DNA of 64,000 bases from an uncultured Planctomycetia bacterium (GTDB taxonomy: Bacteria; Omnitrophota; Gorgyraeia; Duberdicusellales; 4484-171): assembly GCA_964455085.1 (NCBI GenBank), contig CAYVYJ010000008.1, forward strand, positions 1,514 to 65,513. The letters are read 5' to 3'. A program made the translations under genes and the position numbers. Shown piece by piece: positions 38,856-49,484 of the stretch. Below the pieces are notes generated by a model. The model was not told the origin of the DNA. It did no database searches and worked only from the letters and a program-made list of their open reading frames with translations. Each line of letters begins with the position of its first letter. Position 1 is the first letter of the stretch.

Positions 38856-40936
38856 TATTTTGCTTGCTTTAAGCTAAGTCTAATTTTTCCTTGGGGATCA
38901 ATTCCGATGACTTTTGCTTTCAGAATGTCTCCTTCTTTTAAAAAACTTTCTACATCTTTAACAAATTCATTAGAAAGCTCAGAGACATGGATTAAACCGC
39001 TCTTTCCCGGTGCAATTTCGCAAAATGCACCAAAATTAACTATTTTTTCAACTTTAACCTCGTAAATTTCTCCGATTTCTATATCCTTAACTAAATTAGT
39101 AATCTGTTTTACAGCTCGTTCTAAATCTTCAGCTGTCTGGGCTGCTACTGAAACTACGCTTGTCTCATCATCAATATCCACAGTAACATTATTTTCCCGT
39201 TGAATTCGCTTTATTATCTTCCCGCCAGGGCCAATAATCGCGCCAATCTTATCGGGATTTACGGCAAATGACTTTATCTTCGGTGCATATTCTGAAAGTT
39301 CGTTTCGTGATGAAGATATAGCCTTCTTCATCGCATCTAAGATGGATAAGCGCGCTTCTTTGGCTCTTTCTAAAGTTTCTTCGATAATCTCAAATGTCAA
39401 CCCGTCTATTTTTGTATCTAATTGAATAGCATTAATGCCATTGACAGTTCCGGCAACTTTAAAATCCATATCACCATAATGGTCTTCGGCTCCAGCAATG
39501 TCAGTAAGAATCTTATAGTCTTTATCTTTACTAATTAAACCTATGGCAATCCCAGCTACTGCTTCTTTTATCGGGACACCGGCATCCATCAGTGATAATG
39601 AACTGGCGCATACCGAAGCCATGGATGAGGAGCCATTGGATTCTAAAATCTCCGAGACTACCCGAATAGTATAAGGAAACTTCTCCTTGGAAGGGATTAT
39701 TGGAACCAGTGATTTTTCAGCCAAAGCACCGTGGCCGATATCTCTTCGAGAAGGGCCGCGCATAAATTTTACCTCACCGACACTAAAAGGGGGGAAACTG
39801 TAGTGCAGCATAAAATGCTTTGAACTCTCTCCCTCTAAAGCCTCGATAAACTGGGCATCAGAACTAGTTCCCAAAGTTGTAATTGCTAAAGATTGAGTTT
39901 GCCCCCGGGTAAAAGTGGCTGAACCATGGGTACGCGGCAAAGCCTTAGCTACACACTCAATCGACCGGATATCTTTAAGAGACCTACCGTCAGGCCGCTT
40001 ATCCTCTTTTAATATTTTCCTGCGTAAAACTTCTTCCCCTAAAGCATCTAATCCATTCTCTATGTCTTGGTCAGTAACTCCCGACTCCTCACTTACTAAT
40101 TCTTCCTTTAACGAAGAAGCTATCTGGTTTATAAATGCTCCCTTTTCTTCTTTGCTGGGTAAACTATAAGATTCTTCTATTCTCGCACCAACCTTACTGC
40201 GCAGGTTATTCAATAGCTCTTTATCTACTCCAGATAAAGAAACTTCCTTTTTATCCTTACCCGCCTTCTTCCTAAATTCGTGCTGTAATTTAATTATTTC
40301 TTTTATAAAAGGATGAGCGAATTTTATTGCTCCTAAAACCTCTTTCTCTGGTATCTGGTTAAATCCACCTTCAAGCATTATTATTTTGTTGTCCGTCCCT
40401 ACCACTACTAAATCTATAGGGGAACCTTCTCGCTCCTCATAAGTAGGATTAACCACAAACTTATCTTTGACTTTCGCCACCCTTACTGCTCCCACAGGAT
40501 TAACAAAAGGAATATCTGAGATGAGAAGTGCACAACTGGCAGCATTGACGGCTAAAATATCAGGATCATTCTCACCATCACTGGATAAAACCATGGCAAT
40601 GATCTGAACTTCATTGGTCATCCCTTGAGGGAAAAGGGGTCTTAAGGGACGGTCAATAAGGCGAGCGGTAAGTATCTCTTTATCTTTAGGTCTACCTTCT
40701 TTTTTGAAAAACCCACCGGGGATTTTCCCCATAGCATAGGTCCTCTCTTGATACTCTACCATTAAAGGAAAAAACCCTCTACCAGCAGATGCATCTTGGG
40801 ACATACAAGTAGTGGCTAAAACAACCGTATCCCCATAAGAGACACTAATACTGCCATTTGCTTGTTTAGCCCATTTGCCGGTTGAGAAAACAAAAGGATT
40901 CTTTCCTAAATTGGGAATAGATAACGAAGTAACCAT
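38855..40936 (-). CDS. pnp: Polyribonucleotide nucleotidyltransferase
   Basis: RLIDRPLRPLF, FTRGQTQ, ESNGSSSMA, GDMDFKVAG, KH and S1 domains. Confidence 0.98.
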   Translation of the reverse strand: MVTSLSIPNLGKNPFVFSTGKWAKQANGSISVSYGDTVVLATTCMSQDASAGRGFFPLMVEYQERTYAMGKIPGGFFKKEGRPKDKEILTARLIDRPLRPLFPQGMTNEVQIIAMVLSSDGENDPDILAVNAASCALLISDIPFVNPVGAVRVAKVKDKFVVNPTYEEREGSPIDLVVVGTDNKIIMLEGGFNQIPEKEVLGAIKFAHPFIKEIIKLQHEFRKKAGKDKKEVSLSGVDKELLNNLRSKVGARIEESYSLPSKEEKGAFINQIASSLKEELVSEESGVTDQDIENGLDALGEEVLRRKILKEDKRPDGRSLKDIRSIECVAKALPRTHGSATFTRGQTQSLAITTLGTSSDAQFIEALEGESSKHFMLHYSFPPFSVGEVKFMRGPSRRDIGHGALAEKSLVPIIPSKEKFPYTIRVVSEILESNGSSSMASVCASSLSLMDAGVPIKEAVAGIAIGLISKDKDYKILTDIAGAEDHYGDMDFKVAGTVNGINAIQLDTKIDGLTFEIIEETLERAKEARLSILDAMKKAISSSRNELSEYAPKIKSFAVNPDKIGAIIGPGGKIIKRIQRENNVTVDIDDETSVVSVAAQTAEDLERAVKQITNLVKDIEIGEIYEVKVEKIVNFGAFCEIAPGKSGLIHVSELSNEFVKDVESFLKEGDILKAKVIGIDPQGKIRLSLKQAK

Positions 40937-40940
40937 TCTA

Positions 40941-41201
40941 TTAAATTTTAAGCTCCTTTACAACCTCTCCGTAACTTTGAGGGTCTTTACCTTTAAGGTA
41001 AGTAAGCAGACGACGGCGTCTTCCGATGAGGATTAAAAGGCCTCGGCGGGAATGAAAATCCTTCTTGTGCTTCTTGAGGTGCTCGGTAAGATAGCTTACT
41101 CTCTCACTAAGCAAAGCAATCTGCACTGCTGCTGAACCTGTGTCTTCCACATGCTCCTTAAACTTATCGATTATTTTCTTCTTTTTAGTCTTATTTATCA
41201 T
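40941..41201 (-). CDS. rpsO: 30S ribosomal protein S15
   Basis: [21 protein letters not shown]. Confidence 0.98.
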   Translation of the reverse strand: MINKTKKKKIIDKFKEHVEDTGSAAVQIALLSERVSYLTEHLKKHKKDFHSRRGLLILIGRRRRLLTYLKGKDPQSYGEVVKELKI

Positions 41202-41213
41202 AATATAACCTCT

Positions 41214-41343
41214 ATAATACCCTTATAGTATTAATCTGTCAACCCTATTGACTAATAGCTTTTACTCAAAAATAAGGCGGGATCTGCTAATAACCGCTTC
41301 TTTTAAGCGGTATTATTGTAACAGAAGTATGGCTAAGGGTCAA
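41214..41343 (-). promoter_or_regulatory. Tandem promoters and structured leader upstream of rpsO-pnp
   Basis: TTGACC-17-TACAAT (41343-41315) and TTGACA-17-TATTAT (41242-41214). Confidence 0.6.
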
Positions 41344-41381
41344 CTCCTGTTTTTAGGGTCAAAATTGACTCTATCTAGGGC

Positions 41382-42080
41382 TTATCCAATAAGATTATAC
41401 TTAATGATGGCCGCCAAGGTCTTTAGCCCGTCTCGCCAGCCGATCTTCTTACCTTGGGCATAAGTTCTTCCGCTATAAGAGATGCCAACTTCATAAATCC
41501 TACACTTTAATTTTGCCACTTTTGCAGTAATTTCCGGATCAAACTCGAATCCACTCTCCTGCAAAGAAATTTTATCCAGGATATCTTTCTTAAAAACTTT
41601 ATAGCAAGTCTCTACATCTGTAAGGTTAAGGTTGGTAAATATATTGGAAAGAAGCGTAAGAAATTTGTTCCCCATCATATGCCAAAAATATAAAACCCTA
41701 TGCTCCTGGGAACCCACAAATCTTGAACCATAGACTACATCGGCCTTACCATCTAAAATGGGTTTAATTAACCGTTTATACTCCTGGGGGTCATATTCTA
41801 AATCCGCATCCTGAACAATAACTATATCTCCGCAAGCTTCCTTGAATCCGCTCCGCAGGGCTGCTCCCTTACCCAGATTTCTGTCGTGATAAATTACCTT
41901 GGTTACCTTTTGCTCTATCTCATTCTTAATAATATCTTTTGTTCCGTCAGTAGAACCATCGTCAATTAAAATTATCTCTTTATTAACTATAGAGGTGTTT
42001 CTTACTCGATCCACCAACTCCTTTACAAACTCTTTTTCGTTAAAACAAGGTATAACTATTGATAACAGAAAATTATCCAT
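41382..42080 (-). CDS. GT2, polyprenol-phosphate glycosyltransferase (DPM1-like)
   Basis: [34 protein letters not shown]. Confidence 0.9.
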   Translation of the reverse strand: MDNFLLSIVIPCFNEKEFVKELVDRVRNTSIVNKEIILIDDGSTDGTKDIIKNEIEQKVTKVIYHDRNLGKGAALRSGFKEACGDIVIVQDADLEYDPQEYKRLIKPILDGKADVVYGSRFVGSQEHRVLYFWHMMGNKFLTLLSNIFTNLNLTDVETCYKVFKKDILDKISLQESGFEFDPEITAKVAKLKCRIYEVGISYSGRTYAQGKKIGWRDGLKTLAAIIKYNLIG

Positions 42081-42112
42081 TTTCTACTCCTATTATTAAT
42101 TAAGTTAACACT

Positions 42113-43264
42113 TTATCCGTAAAATTTTAAATGAGCCAGCAAAGAATTTATACCACATATAAGAAGGAAGCCAATATAGAATATATTAAGCCCCAGGTAT
42201 AAAGGCTTAATTTTCCTAAAAGAACCAATAGCTTTTATAATGAAATAAAAAACAAAAGGTGCAAAAAATAGGGTTATTCTCTCGCCGGTAAAAGGGTATT
42301 TCTTCAATAGCCCTAAAACAATTAGTTCCAGAAAGATAACCATACCGATTGTATCGATACTCATAATCCTAAATTTATCCTTTCGGATAGATTTAATACC
42401 GCACCTAAACAGTGAGATTATAAAGAAGGGGATAAAAACAGACGCAGTTCTCCTGAAGAAAGTGCTATTACCAAACCACCAGACTGTTAACTTCCGTAAC
42501 CCTTCTCCGAATGACTTAAAGAAATAATAAAAGGATTTAGTGGATATGAAATAATCGTCCCAATACATGAAAAGATCCCTGATGAGGAGATCGTGTCTTA
42601 AATCGAACCAATAAGCAAAAATTATAACTGCAAAAGAAATAGCTGTGTAACCTAAAATTAAGGGTAAGATTTTACGATTTTTCCTAACCCAAGATAAAAA
42701 ATTGTAAACAACAATCCAAAAGACAAAAAAGCTACCATACGATAAAAGAAGTGTAAAAGGCAATAGCAACGTTATGATGATAAAAGGCTTCGAGGGTTGG
42801 CTATTTACAAACCGCCTCTGATGAATAAAATAAAGACAAAAGATTCCCACAACTAAAACATCAAGTGAATAGGGCTTTAACTCTGCCGCATAATAACTGA
42901 AGGCGTAACTGTTAGCAAAAGAAAATAAAACCAGCAGAAATTGCCATTTATTAGATAGTGACCCCTTGTATAATTTTTTCCAAATAAAAAACGCACCAAG
43001 CATACTTATTAACGAAAAAAATCTTAAAGAAAGAATGCTATAGTTAAACATTTTAGAAAAAATCTTAATTATAATAAGATAGACTCTGGGAAACACCTGG
43101 CAGTGTTCAAGAGGCCCGAGGAGCTGAGCGGCCTTAAAGGTTTCTATATTTTTAAAAACAGAATCTTCATCAACCCAAAGAGGTCTTGCCGAGAAATAGT
43201 GCACAAAACAGAGAAAAATAAACCAGATTATACAAAAAATGAGTAAAATTCTATACTTTCCCAT
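42113..43264 (-). CDS. Membrane GT-C-type glycosyltransferase
   Basis: LWVDE after TM1, ELKPYSLD, multiple TMs; adjacent to the DPM1-like GT2. Confidence 0.65.
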   Translation of the reverse strand: MGKYRILLIFCIIWFIFLCFVHYFSARPLWVDEDSVFKNIETFKAAQLLGPLEHCQVFPRVYLIIIKIFSKMFNYSILSLRFFSLISMLGAFFIWKKLYKGSLSNKWQFLLVLFSFANSYAFSYYAAELKPYSLDVLVVGIFCLYFIHQRRFVNSQPSKPFIIITLLLPFTLLLSYGSFFVFWIVVYNFLSWVRKNRKILPLILGYTAISFAVIIFAYWFDLRHDLLIRDLFMYWDDYFISTKSFYYFFKSFGEGLRKLTVWWFGNSTFFRRTASVFIPFFIISLFRCGIKSIRKDKFRIMSIDTIGMVIFLELIVLGLLKKYPFTGERITLFFAPFVFYFIIKAIGSFRKIKPLYLGLNIFYIGFLLICGINSLLAHLKFYG

Positions 43265-43272
43265 TTTAGAAG

Positions 43273-43494
43273 TTATTTCAGGTCCTCTTTTGAGTCTTTT
43301 TCAAACTCTTTAACAATTTTTCTTACCTCTAACTCGGTTTTTGTTATTTTTTCCCGGCAGAGCTTGATAAGTTCTATCGCCCTTTTTACTTTTAAAGCCA
43401 CATCGTCAACATCAATTTGTTCTGATTCAAGTTCAGCCAGTATCTTATTTAGCTCTTGGGAAGCTTCAGTGTATTTTATAGCTTTTTTACCCAT
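43273..43494 (-). CDS. xseB: Exodeoxyribonuclease VII small subunit
   Basis: 73-aa coiled coil with LIKLCREKI; follows xseA. Confidence 0.9.
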   Translation of the reverse strand: MGKKAIKYTEASQELNKILAELESEQIDVDDVALKVKRAIELIKLCREKITKTELEVRKIVKEFEKDSKEDLK

Positions 43495-44837
43495 TATCCC
43501 TCCTCATTCTTCACTTTATTTTTTATACTTCTTACTCTGGATACTATACTTCCTTGGTAAAGAACTGTTTCGATTAAATCGCTCTCCTTAACATCATTAA
43601 TAAATTTTAATGCTTTCCCCCCTTTAAAAGTTATCGAATAACCCCGCTTCAAGGTATTTTTGGGGGAAAGAATTCTCACCTTTCCGTCTAAATACTTTAG
43701 ATAATCTTGAGAATTCTTAAATATCTTATCCAATGATGAACTTAAAATTTCGCTACTTCTTTTAAGCATTTGTTGCTTCTGGGTTAAAATAACTTTTAAG
43801 GTACTTAAAATATTATGCTTCTTTTCTAAAAGCGCCTCTTGATGAGTCCTAAAATAAACTGACGATAAAGATTCGGTTTTGGCTGCTAAACTTTGTAGCT
43901 GCGCTTTTTCCCCGGAGATAAAATCTTTACTCCGGTTAAGAATTGTCTCTTCTAAATAATCTAAATTCTCTACTACCGCTCTTAATCGCTCAACTAATAT
44001 TCCAGCAACTTTAGTAGGAGTTTTACAAAAAGTATGAGCAACCATATCAGTAATCGTAGTATTTATCTGATGGCCAATGGCTGAGACAACTGGAAATTTT
44101 AAACCGGCAATACTTTCTGCAATCTTTTTATTATCAAAATAAGCTAAGTCGGCGGTTGAACCGCCACCACGGGTGATTACTACCAAGTCTAAATTGGCTG
44201 AAGATAAACTATTAAAAAAATATAAAGCGCCAGTTACATCCTTCTCTACTGATTTACCCTGCATATGAGAGTCTTTAACTAGAATCTTAAACCCATAGCC
44301 ACTATTTTTTAGTTCATTAATAAAGTCATGGTAAGCTGCTGAGCCAAAAGCAGTTATCAAACCGACCCTTAAGGGAATGGTTGGAAAAGGCCATAATTTA
44401 TTCTTCTCCAGAAGACCGTGCTTTTTTAAGTCTTCAATAATTTTAAGACGGTTCTGGGCTATCCGGCCAAGCGTATAAACTGTATCAACATCAACAACCA
44501 CCAAGCTATATTGGCCGGTGGGTGGATGTAGACTTACTTCACATAAAAATTTTACCTCAATATCATTTTTTAGTTCAAAACCCCCTTGGGCCTCTTTAAT
44601 CCGCCTCTGAATCAGTGGCTTTCTGCCGGCAAATAAAGCTACCTTTACTTTGGCAACAATTCTGTCACCTTCGGCTTCCTTTTCTACTAATTCGAAGTAA
44701 ATATGTTTTTTACTTCGTTCTGGGCGCAAGCCCTGAATCTCGCCACAAACCCAGATACTTTGGGGAAATGCTTCCTGGATAAGACCACGAACAACAGTGT
44801 TTAGCTCTAAGACTGTAAAAACTTTTTCTATATCCAT
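43494..44837 (-). CDS. xseA: Exodeoxyribonuclease VII large subunit
   Basis: WVCGEI, HIYF, RGGGS..DL..F, SAIGH, TPT. Confidence 0.95.
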   Translation of the reverse strand: MDIEKVFTVLELNTVVRGLIQEAFPQSIWVCGEIQGLRPERSKKHIYFELVEKEAEGDRIVAKVKVALFAGRKPLIQRRIKEAQGGFELKNDIEVKFLCEVSLHPPTGQYSLVVVDVDTVYTLGRIAQNRLKIIEDLKKHGLLEKNKLWPFPTIPLRVGLITAFGSAAYHDFINELKNSGYGFKILVKDSHMQGKSVEKDVTGALYFFNSLSSANLDLVVITRGGGSTADLAYFDNKKIAESIAGLKFPVVSAIGHQINTTITDMVAHTFCKTPTKVAGILVERLRAVVENLDYLEETILNRSKDFISGEKAQLQSLAAKTESLSSVYFRTHQEALLEKKHNILSTLKVILTQKQQMLKRSSEILSSSLDKIFKNSQDYLKYLDGKVRILSPKNTLKRGYSITFKGGKALKFINDVKESDLIETVLYQGSIVSRVRSIKNKVKNEEG

Positions 44838-44862
44838 ATAAGTATTTGTCTTATATTTTTTA

Positions 44863-45948
44863 TTAATACTCTAGTAAACCTTTAGCTGAATTAAATACCT
44901 CATCTACAGTAATATCTTTAAGACACTTTAAATCTCTCAAACATTTCGTGAGTCTAAACCTCTGGTAACAAGGCCGGCAGGACAAATCTTTTTTTATCAC
45001 AACATGTTTCTGAAGATTTTCAGGGTACGGTCCGTAAACTGCCTCGCTCACCGGGCCAAAAATTGAAACTGTTCTTATTCCTGAAAATACACCCATATGT
45101 ACTGGGCCACCGTCATTGGCAATTAACAGGGCTGATCTTTGAAGTAGGGCCAAGAAATCAAGCAAAGGCAAATCTATGGCCTTCACCGGCTTATTTTGCA
45201 TCAGGCCTTCTATAGCCTCAATAGTTTCTCTTTCGCTACTGCTTCCGGCCAGAATAATCCGCACCCCACATTGATTAATCAGCTTATCAGCTAACTCCGC
45301 GAACTTAATTCTGGGCCAGTGCTTACGATAAGAGTCGCGTCCCCAGCTCACTCCGCCACAAGGCGTAATCGCGATAAGCGAATCATCAGCCCCAATGCCT
45401 TGTTGGTTTAAGAAATTTGCTGCCTGATTCTTTTGAGTTGCAGTTAAGTTTAACTGAACCTTGCGATACTCGGGCTTAAGGCCTAGCAGTTTCAGAAGTT
45501 CCAGGTAATACTCGATGACGTGTTTGGCTTCATACCCTTTAAGGCTAATCTTCTTAGTTAAAAATCTTCCCCGCTTTTTATAATCATAACCGATTCTTTG
45601 TTTTATCCCCGCAGCCCAGGCGAAAAATCCAAACTGTGAATTTAAAGATAGGTCTATTACAATATCGATGTTTTCTTTTTTTATCTCGGAGATAAAACTC
45701 CCTATTTTCCTGACCCAGGAAAATAGGGACCTTCTCTTAACAGCCTCAAATTCATCTCGCTCATAGACAAAAGTCTTATTGATCAGGATAAAATTTTCTA
45801 ATAGGGCTTGAGTCCTCCGATTGCAGAGGTAAAAAATCTTGCTGGAAGGAAAGTTTTCTTTTAAGTTACTTATAAGCGGTAAAGAGAATAAAACATCTCC
45901 GATACCAAAGGGATTTATTATCAAGAAAGACTTCAGCCTATCTTCCAT
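44863..45948 (-). CDS. GT9 LPS heptosyltransferase-like
   Basis: GIGDV, NDGGPVH, FGP, CRPC. Confidence 0.88.
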   Translation of the reverse strand: MEDRLKSFLIINPFGIGDVLFSLPLISNLKENFPSSKIFYLCNRRTQALLENFILINKTFVYERDEFEAVKRRSLFSWVRKIGSFISEIKKENIDIVIDLSLNSQFGFFAWAAGIKQRIGYDYKKRGRFLTKKISLKGYEAKHVIEYYLELLKLLGLKPEYRKVQLNLTATQKNQAANFLNQQGIGADDSLIAITPCGGVSWGRDSYRKHWPRIKFAELADKLINQCGVRIILAGSSSERETIEAIEGLMQNKPVKAIDLPLLDFLALLQRSALLIANDGGPVHMGVFSGIRTVSIFGPVSEAVYGPYPENLQKHVVIKKDLSCRPCYQRFRLTKCLRDLKCLKDITVDEVFNSAKGLLEY

Positions 45949-46723
45949 TCTTAATTAAATCTCTATATTTAGCGTAGCTAGTAATCTGATAAAGCGAAGC
46001 AAAGTAAGCTACCATAAAACCAATAAACCCGTCGCGGTAACCTCTCTTAGCAATAAAAGCTCTTAGGAACCTATCGCCGGTGCGCCAGAGGGCATGAACA
46101 AAATTCATCTTATAACCTGCCTTTTTTGGGTCACTCTTGGACAATTTGTACCACTTCTTAGCTTCTAAAGTAGTTTGATTATTAAGCTTGCTCAAGAAAA
46201 TTGCCCAATCCTTGTAAGTATAGTGGATTAAATCACCCCTTAGATGTCCGCATTCACCGATTAAATCAGCCCGAGGGTGAACTTCTACCTCTTCCCACTT
46301 AAATTTATCTCTGCGGAATAACTTTAATTGGGCTGAAGGATATAACCCTCCCCAGCGTACCCAATAATCACCGATAAAGTTTCTTCGGGGTATAGTAAAA
46401 GCATTCACGGCCGGGTGCGAAGCAAGAGTTACTTCAATCTCACTCTTTAACTCCTCAGTCAGCCGTTCATCAGCATCAAGACTTAAAACCCACTGATTAC
46501 TTGCCTGAGAGTAGGCCCAATTCCTATGCCGCCCCTCTATATCCATCTTCCGCACTAAAACCTTTGCACCCAGGCTTTGAGCAAAGCTGCGGGTATTATC
46601 AATCGACTGATCATCAACAACAATTACCTGATCTGCCCACTCCCCTACTGACTTTATGCAATCAACAATTCTCTCTTGTTCATCCTTAGTAAGAATCACT
46701 ATTGATAATGGAATCTTACTCAT
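45938..46723 (-). CDS. GT2, LPS core beta-1,4-glucosyltransferase-like
   Basis: LDADE, PRRNF, VHP, DGFIGF. Confidence 0.85.
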   Translation of the reverse strand: MSKIPLSIVILTKDEQERIVDCIKSVGEWADQVIVVDDQSIDNTRSFAQSLGAKVLVRKMDIEGRHRNWAYSQASNQWVLSLDADERLTEELKSEIEVTLASHPAVNAFTIPRRNFIGDYWVRWGGLYPSAQLKLFRRDKFKWEEVEVHPRADLIGECGHLRGDLIHYTYKDWAIFLSKLNNQTTLEAKKWYKLSKSDPKKAGYKMNFVHALWRTGDRFLRAFIAKRGYRDGFIGFMVAYFASLYQITSYAKYRDLIKNGR

Positions 46724-47439
46724 CCTCTCCTCCCTCTAAAAGAAAACAAATTTAGAAAATTTTTCATAACTACCCAAGAATACAACTTTATATAGACCGG
46801 AATTAGTTTCATCATCTTAAAACTGGATTCACCTTCCTGTCGGGAATTCCAGACTGTAGGTATTTCAGTAATCTTGAATCCTTTAAGGTAGGCTTTAAGT
46901 GGAATTTCCATGGAAATCTCAAAACTTTCAGCCTCCAAATCAATCGCCTCAATGATCTCTCGCTTATACATCTTAAATGAATTAGTAATATCATGAGTTG
47001 GTACTCCTAAAATATAAATGATTCGTCCGGCTAAGCTAGATAAAAAAGTCTTAACTGACGGTCCACCTATTTTTTGGCCACCCCGCATATAGCGAGAACC
47101 ACAGACAATATCATAACCCTGATTGATTTTTTGATACATCTTATTAATTAAGACAGGATCATCACATAAATCAGCCATAACCGAAACAATCAACTCACCC
47201 CTTGCAGCTTTAAAACCAGTTAGCAGTGTATTAGCAAAACCTCTAGGTTCATTATTATCGACTAAGATGATATTTTTATAACGCTTCCTTAATTCTTCTA
47301 CTATCACCCTGGTATTATCGCTGGAATGATCATTAACTACTACAACCTCATAATCTACGGTTAAAGCATCGATAAGGCGAATGATCACCTCTCTGATGCT
47401 CTTCTCCTCATTGTGTGCCGGAATAACTACAGATACCAT
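46720..47439 (-). CDS. GT2, polyprenol-phosphate glycosyltransferase-like
   Basis: VIPAHNE, MADLCDD, GSRY, R..GES. Confidence 0.85.
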   Translation of the reverse strand: MVSVVIPAHNEEKSIREVIIRLIDALTVDYEVVVVNDHSSDNTRVIVEELRKRYKNIILVDNNEPRGFANTLLTGFKAARGELIVSVMADLCDDPVLINKMYQKINQGYDIVCGSRYMRGGQKIGGPSVKTFLSSLAGRIIYILGVPTHDITNSFKMYKREIIEAIDLEAESFEISMEIPLKAYLKGFKITEIPTVWNSRQEGESSFKMMKLIPVYIKLYSWVVMKNFLNLFSFRGRRG

Positions 47440-49484
47440 TATTTAATTACCTTATAAATTCGAGCATCAGGGTTATTCAAAACTAATTGGAATTTATCAG
47501 AATGTACCTGGGCCCAAAGACCTTCTACCGGTGTATACCTCTCTTCAAGTATATAAACAAAGAGATAATCTGTATTCTCTCCAACCAGATTTCGATACCA
47601 GCGGTTAAAATCAGCTTTACCGCGATAGTTCTCACTTCTCCTTAATACTCTATCAATATGATCATAGCGATATTCTTTCCAATTTAGATTGCCTTGAGGA
47701 TAAAGGTGGAGTTGGGCTGGATGAATATTATTTACTGATACGTAGTAGACATCATTTTTCAAACCTGTCCCGTATAAAGGAAAGGGAACCGGCCGGCCGG
47801 TATAAGCAATTCTTTGGGCTTTAGTGTTATCATTCAACCACTGCCAAGCCTTCATTGCTCCTTCCCAATAAGGAGCGTGACTGAGGTAACGCTGATACTC
47901 ATGATTAAGATACCACTGCTGGCCAATAACAAGACTTAAACTAAGAATAATGAATAACGAAGAAGTCATAGTTACCCTGACTTTTCGCCTTTTAAAACGC
48001 TTGATAAATAGTGGTAAGATAAGAAAAAACGAAACCGTCGCCAGTAAAGAAAATCCTAACTCCCAATATCCGCAGAATTCCGCTATTGAAGTCAGAAAAC
48101 AGATAACCACTAGTGCCCGTATTGCTTTTGAGGGAACTTTTAAAGTCTTTAAGAGATAGGTGGCCATAACCGAGCCGACAGCAAGATAAGGATAGAGAAA
48201 TCTGGTCCAGAGCTGAGGGATAATAAAAGTAAAAATAGCGAAAAGAATGGCCGGAAGCAGGGATAAATAAACTAAGGGAAAACTTAATTTTATTCCCTTA
48301 CTTCTAATTAGAATTATCGGAAAGGCTAAAAAGGTAGCAGGAAATATCAAAATCAGCAGCTGTAGTCCCATACCTTCATGGAAGAACAATTTTCCTAAAT
48401 TATAACCTTCATAGGTCCAACGGACCAGATAGGTAGCGGTGGGCATCACCCCTTTAAAAACAGTTTTTCCCATTAAAACCGCCTTTAAAGGAAATAAGGG
48501 GTTACCGCTAAGAATAAAATTTCTTATATAGCCATAACCGCCAAACAAGGCAATAAGCCCCAGGAACAAAGAGCCATAGCCAACCAATCTTAAACCTTTA
48601 GAGTTTTTAACTAGGATATAAATGAAAAATAATCCTAAAGCTAAACTATAGGCTAAGCTTAAAGTCTTAGTCCCAAAAAATAGCCCAAAGGATATCCCGG
48701 AAATAATTAAGTACCTTAGATTAAACTTCCTATTTAAACTAAATAGAAGATTTAAAGTAGTGAGCAAAAGTGCAGTCATCATAATGTCGGCATAACCAAC
48801 CTCAATCTGTTTAAAAAAGTTAGGAGTAATTACAAACAGACCGGCTGAATAAAATGCCAGCTCCCGAGAAAGGTTGAACTTTCTGGCAATTGCAAAGCAA
48901 GCTATAAAGGAAAGTATAAGAAATGGTATCTGGCCCAAATCAGCGATAAGAACATTCTTAAAAGGGGCGATTAACCAAAAATAATAAAGACAATTATTTA
49001 TCGGATAATAGGTCGGTGTGGGATCATCAGAGATAGTAGGGGGGTTATAGAGATTACCTTGCTTTAGCCACTCAACCGGAAAGGTAAAGTGATAATTAAG
49101 GCTATCCCAGCCAAAAGGAGGGTTTATAAGGTTAAAAATTCCCTTTACTAAAATAAAACCTAAGATACAGGCCAGACAGAATAAAATCACCTTATTTTCA
49201 GTTATCCAACTAAAATCCCTTCTGCCTGCTGCGTATAAAATTTCGTTTTTATTTCGTAAGATAAAACTGACTACTAAGAAGATAAAAAAGTTTACTAAGA
49301 TCAGATTACCCAAGAAAAGCTTACCAAAGATACCTAAAATCATCTCAGTAAGTATGATCTGGGCCAGAAACAGAAGCGAAAAATTACATATCCGATCAGA
49401 AAGGTTGGGACAATAGAAAGCTTTTCTTACGATACGGGCAGAAGTAAAAGCAACAATGAGATTAAGAATAAGGAAATTAATCAT
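47439..49484 (-). CDS. Large polytopic membrane protein, GT-C-like
   Basis: WDSLNYH motif, RNFILSGNPLFP, many TMs. Confidence 0.6.
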   Translation of the reverse strand: MINFLILNLIVAFTSARIVRKAFYCPNLSDRICNFSLLFLAQIILTEMILGIFGKLFLGNLILVNFFIFLVVSFILRNKNEILYAAGRRDFSWITENKVILFCLACILGFILVKGIFNLINPPFGWDSLNYHFTFPVEWLKQGNLYNPPTISDDPTPTYYPINNCLYYFWLIAPFKNVLIADLGQIPFLILSFIACFAIARKFNLSRELAFYSAGLFVITPNFFKQIEVGYADIMMTALLLTTLNLLFSLNRKFNLRYLIISGISFGLFFGTKTLSLAYSLALGLFFIYILVKNSKGLRLVGYGSLFLGLIALFGGYGYIRNFILSGNPLFPLKAVLMGKTVFKGVMPTATYLVRWTYEGYNLGKLFFHEGMGLQLLILIFPATFLAFPIILIRSKGIKLSFPLVYLSLLPAILFAIFTFIIPQLWTRFLYPYLAVGSVMATYLLKTLKVPSKAIRALVVICFLTSIAEFCGYWELGFSLLATVSFFLILPLFIKRFKRRKVRVTMTSSLFIILSLSLVIGQQWYLNHEYQRYLSHAPYWEGAMKAWQWLNDNTKAQRIAYTGRPVPFPLYGTGLKNDVYYVSVNNIHPAQLHLYPQGNLNWKEYRYDHIDRVLRRSENYRGKADFNRWYRNLVGENTDYLFVYILEERYTPVEGLWAQVHSDKFQLVLNNPDARIYKVIK

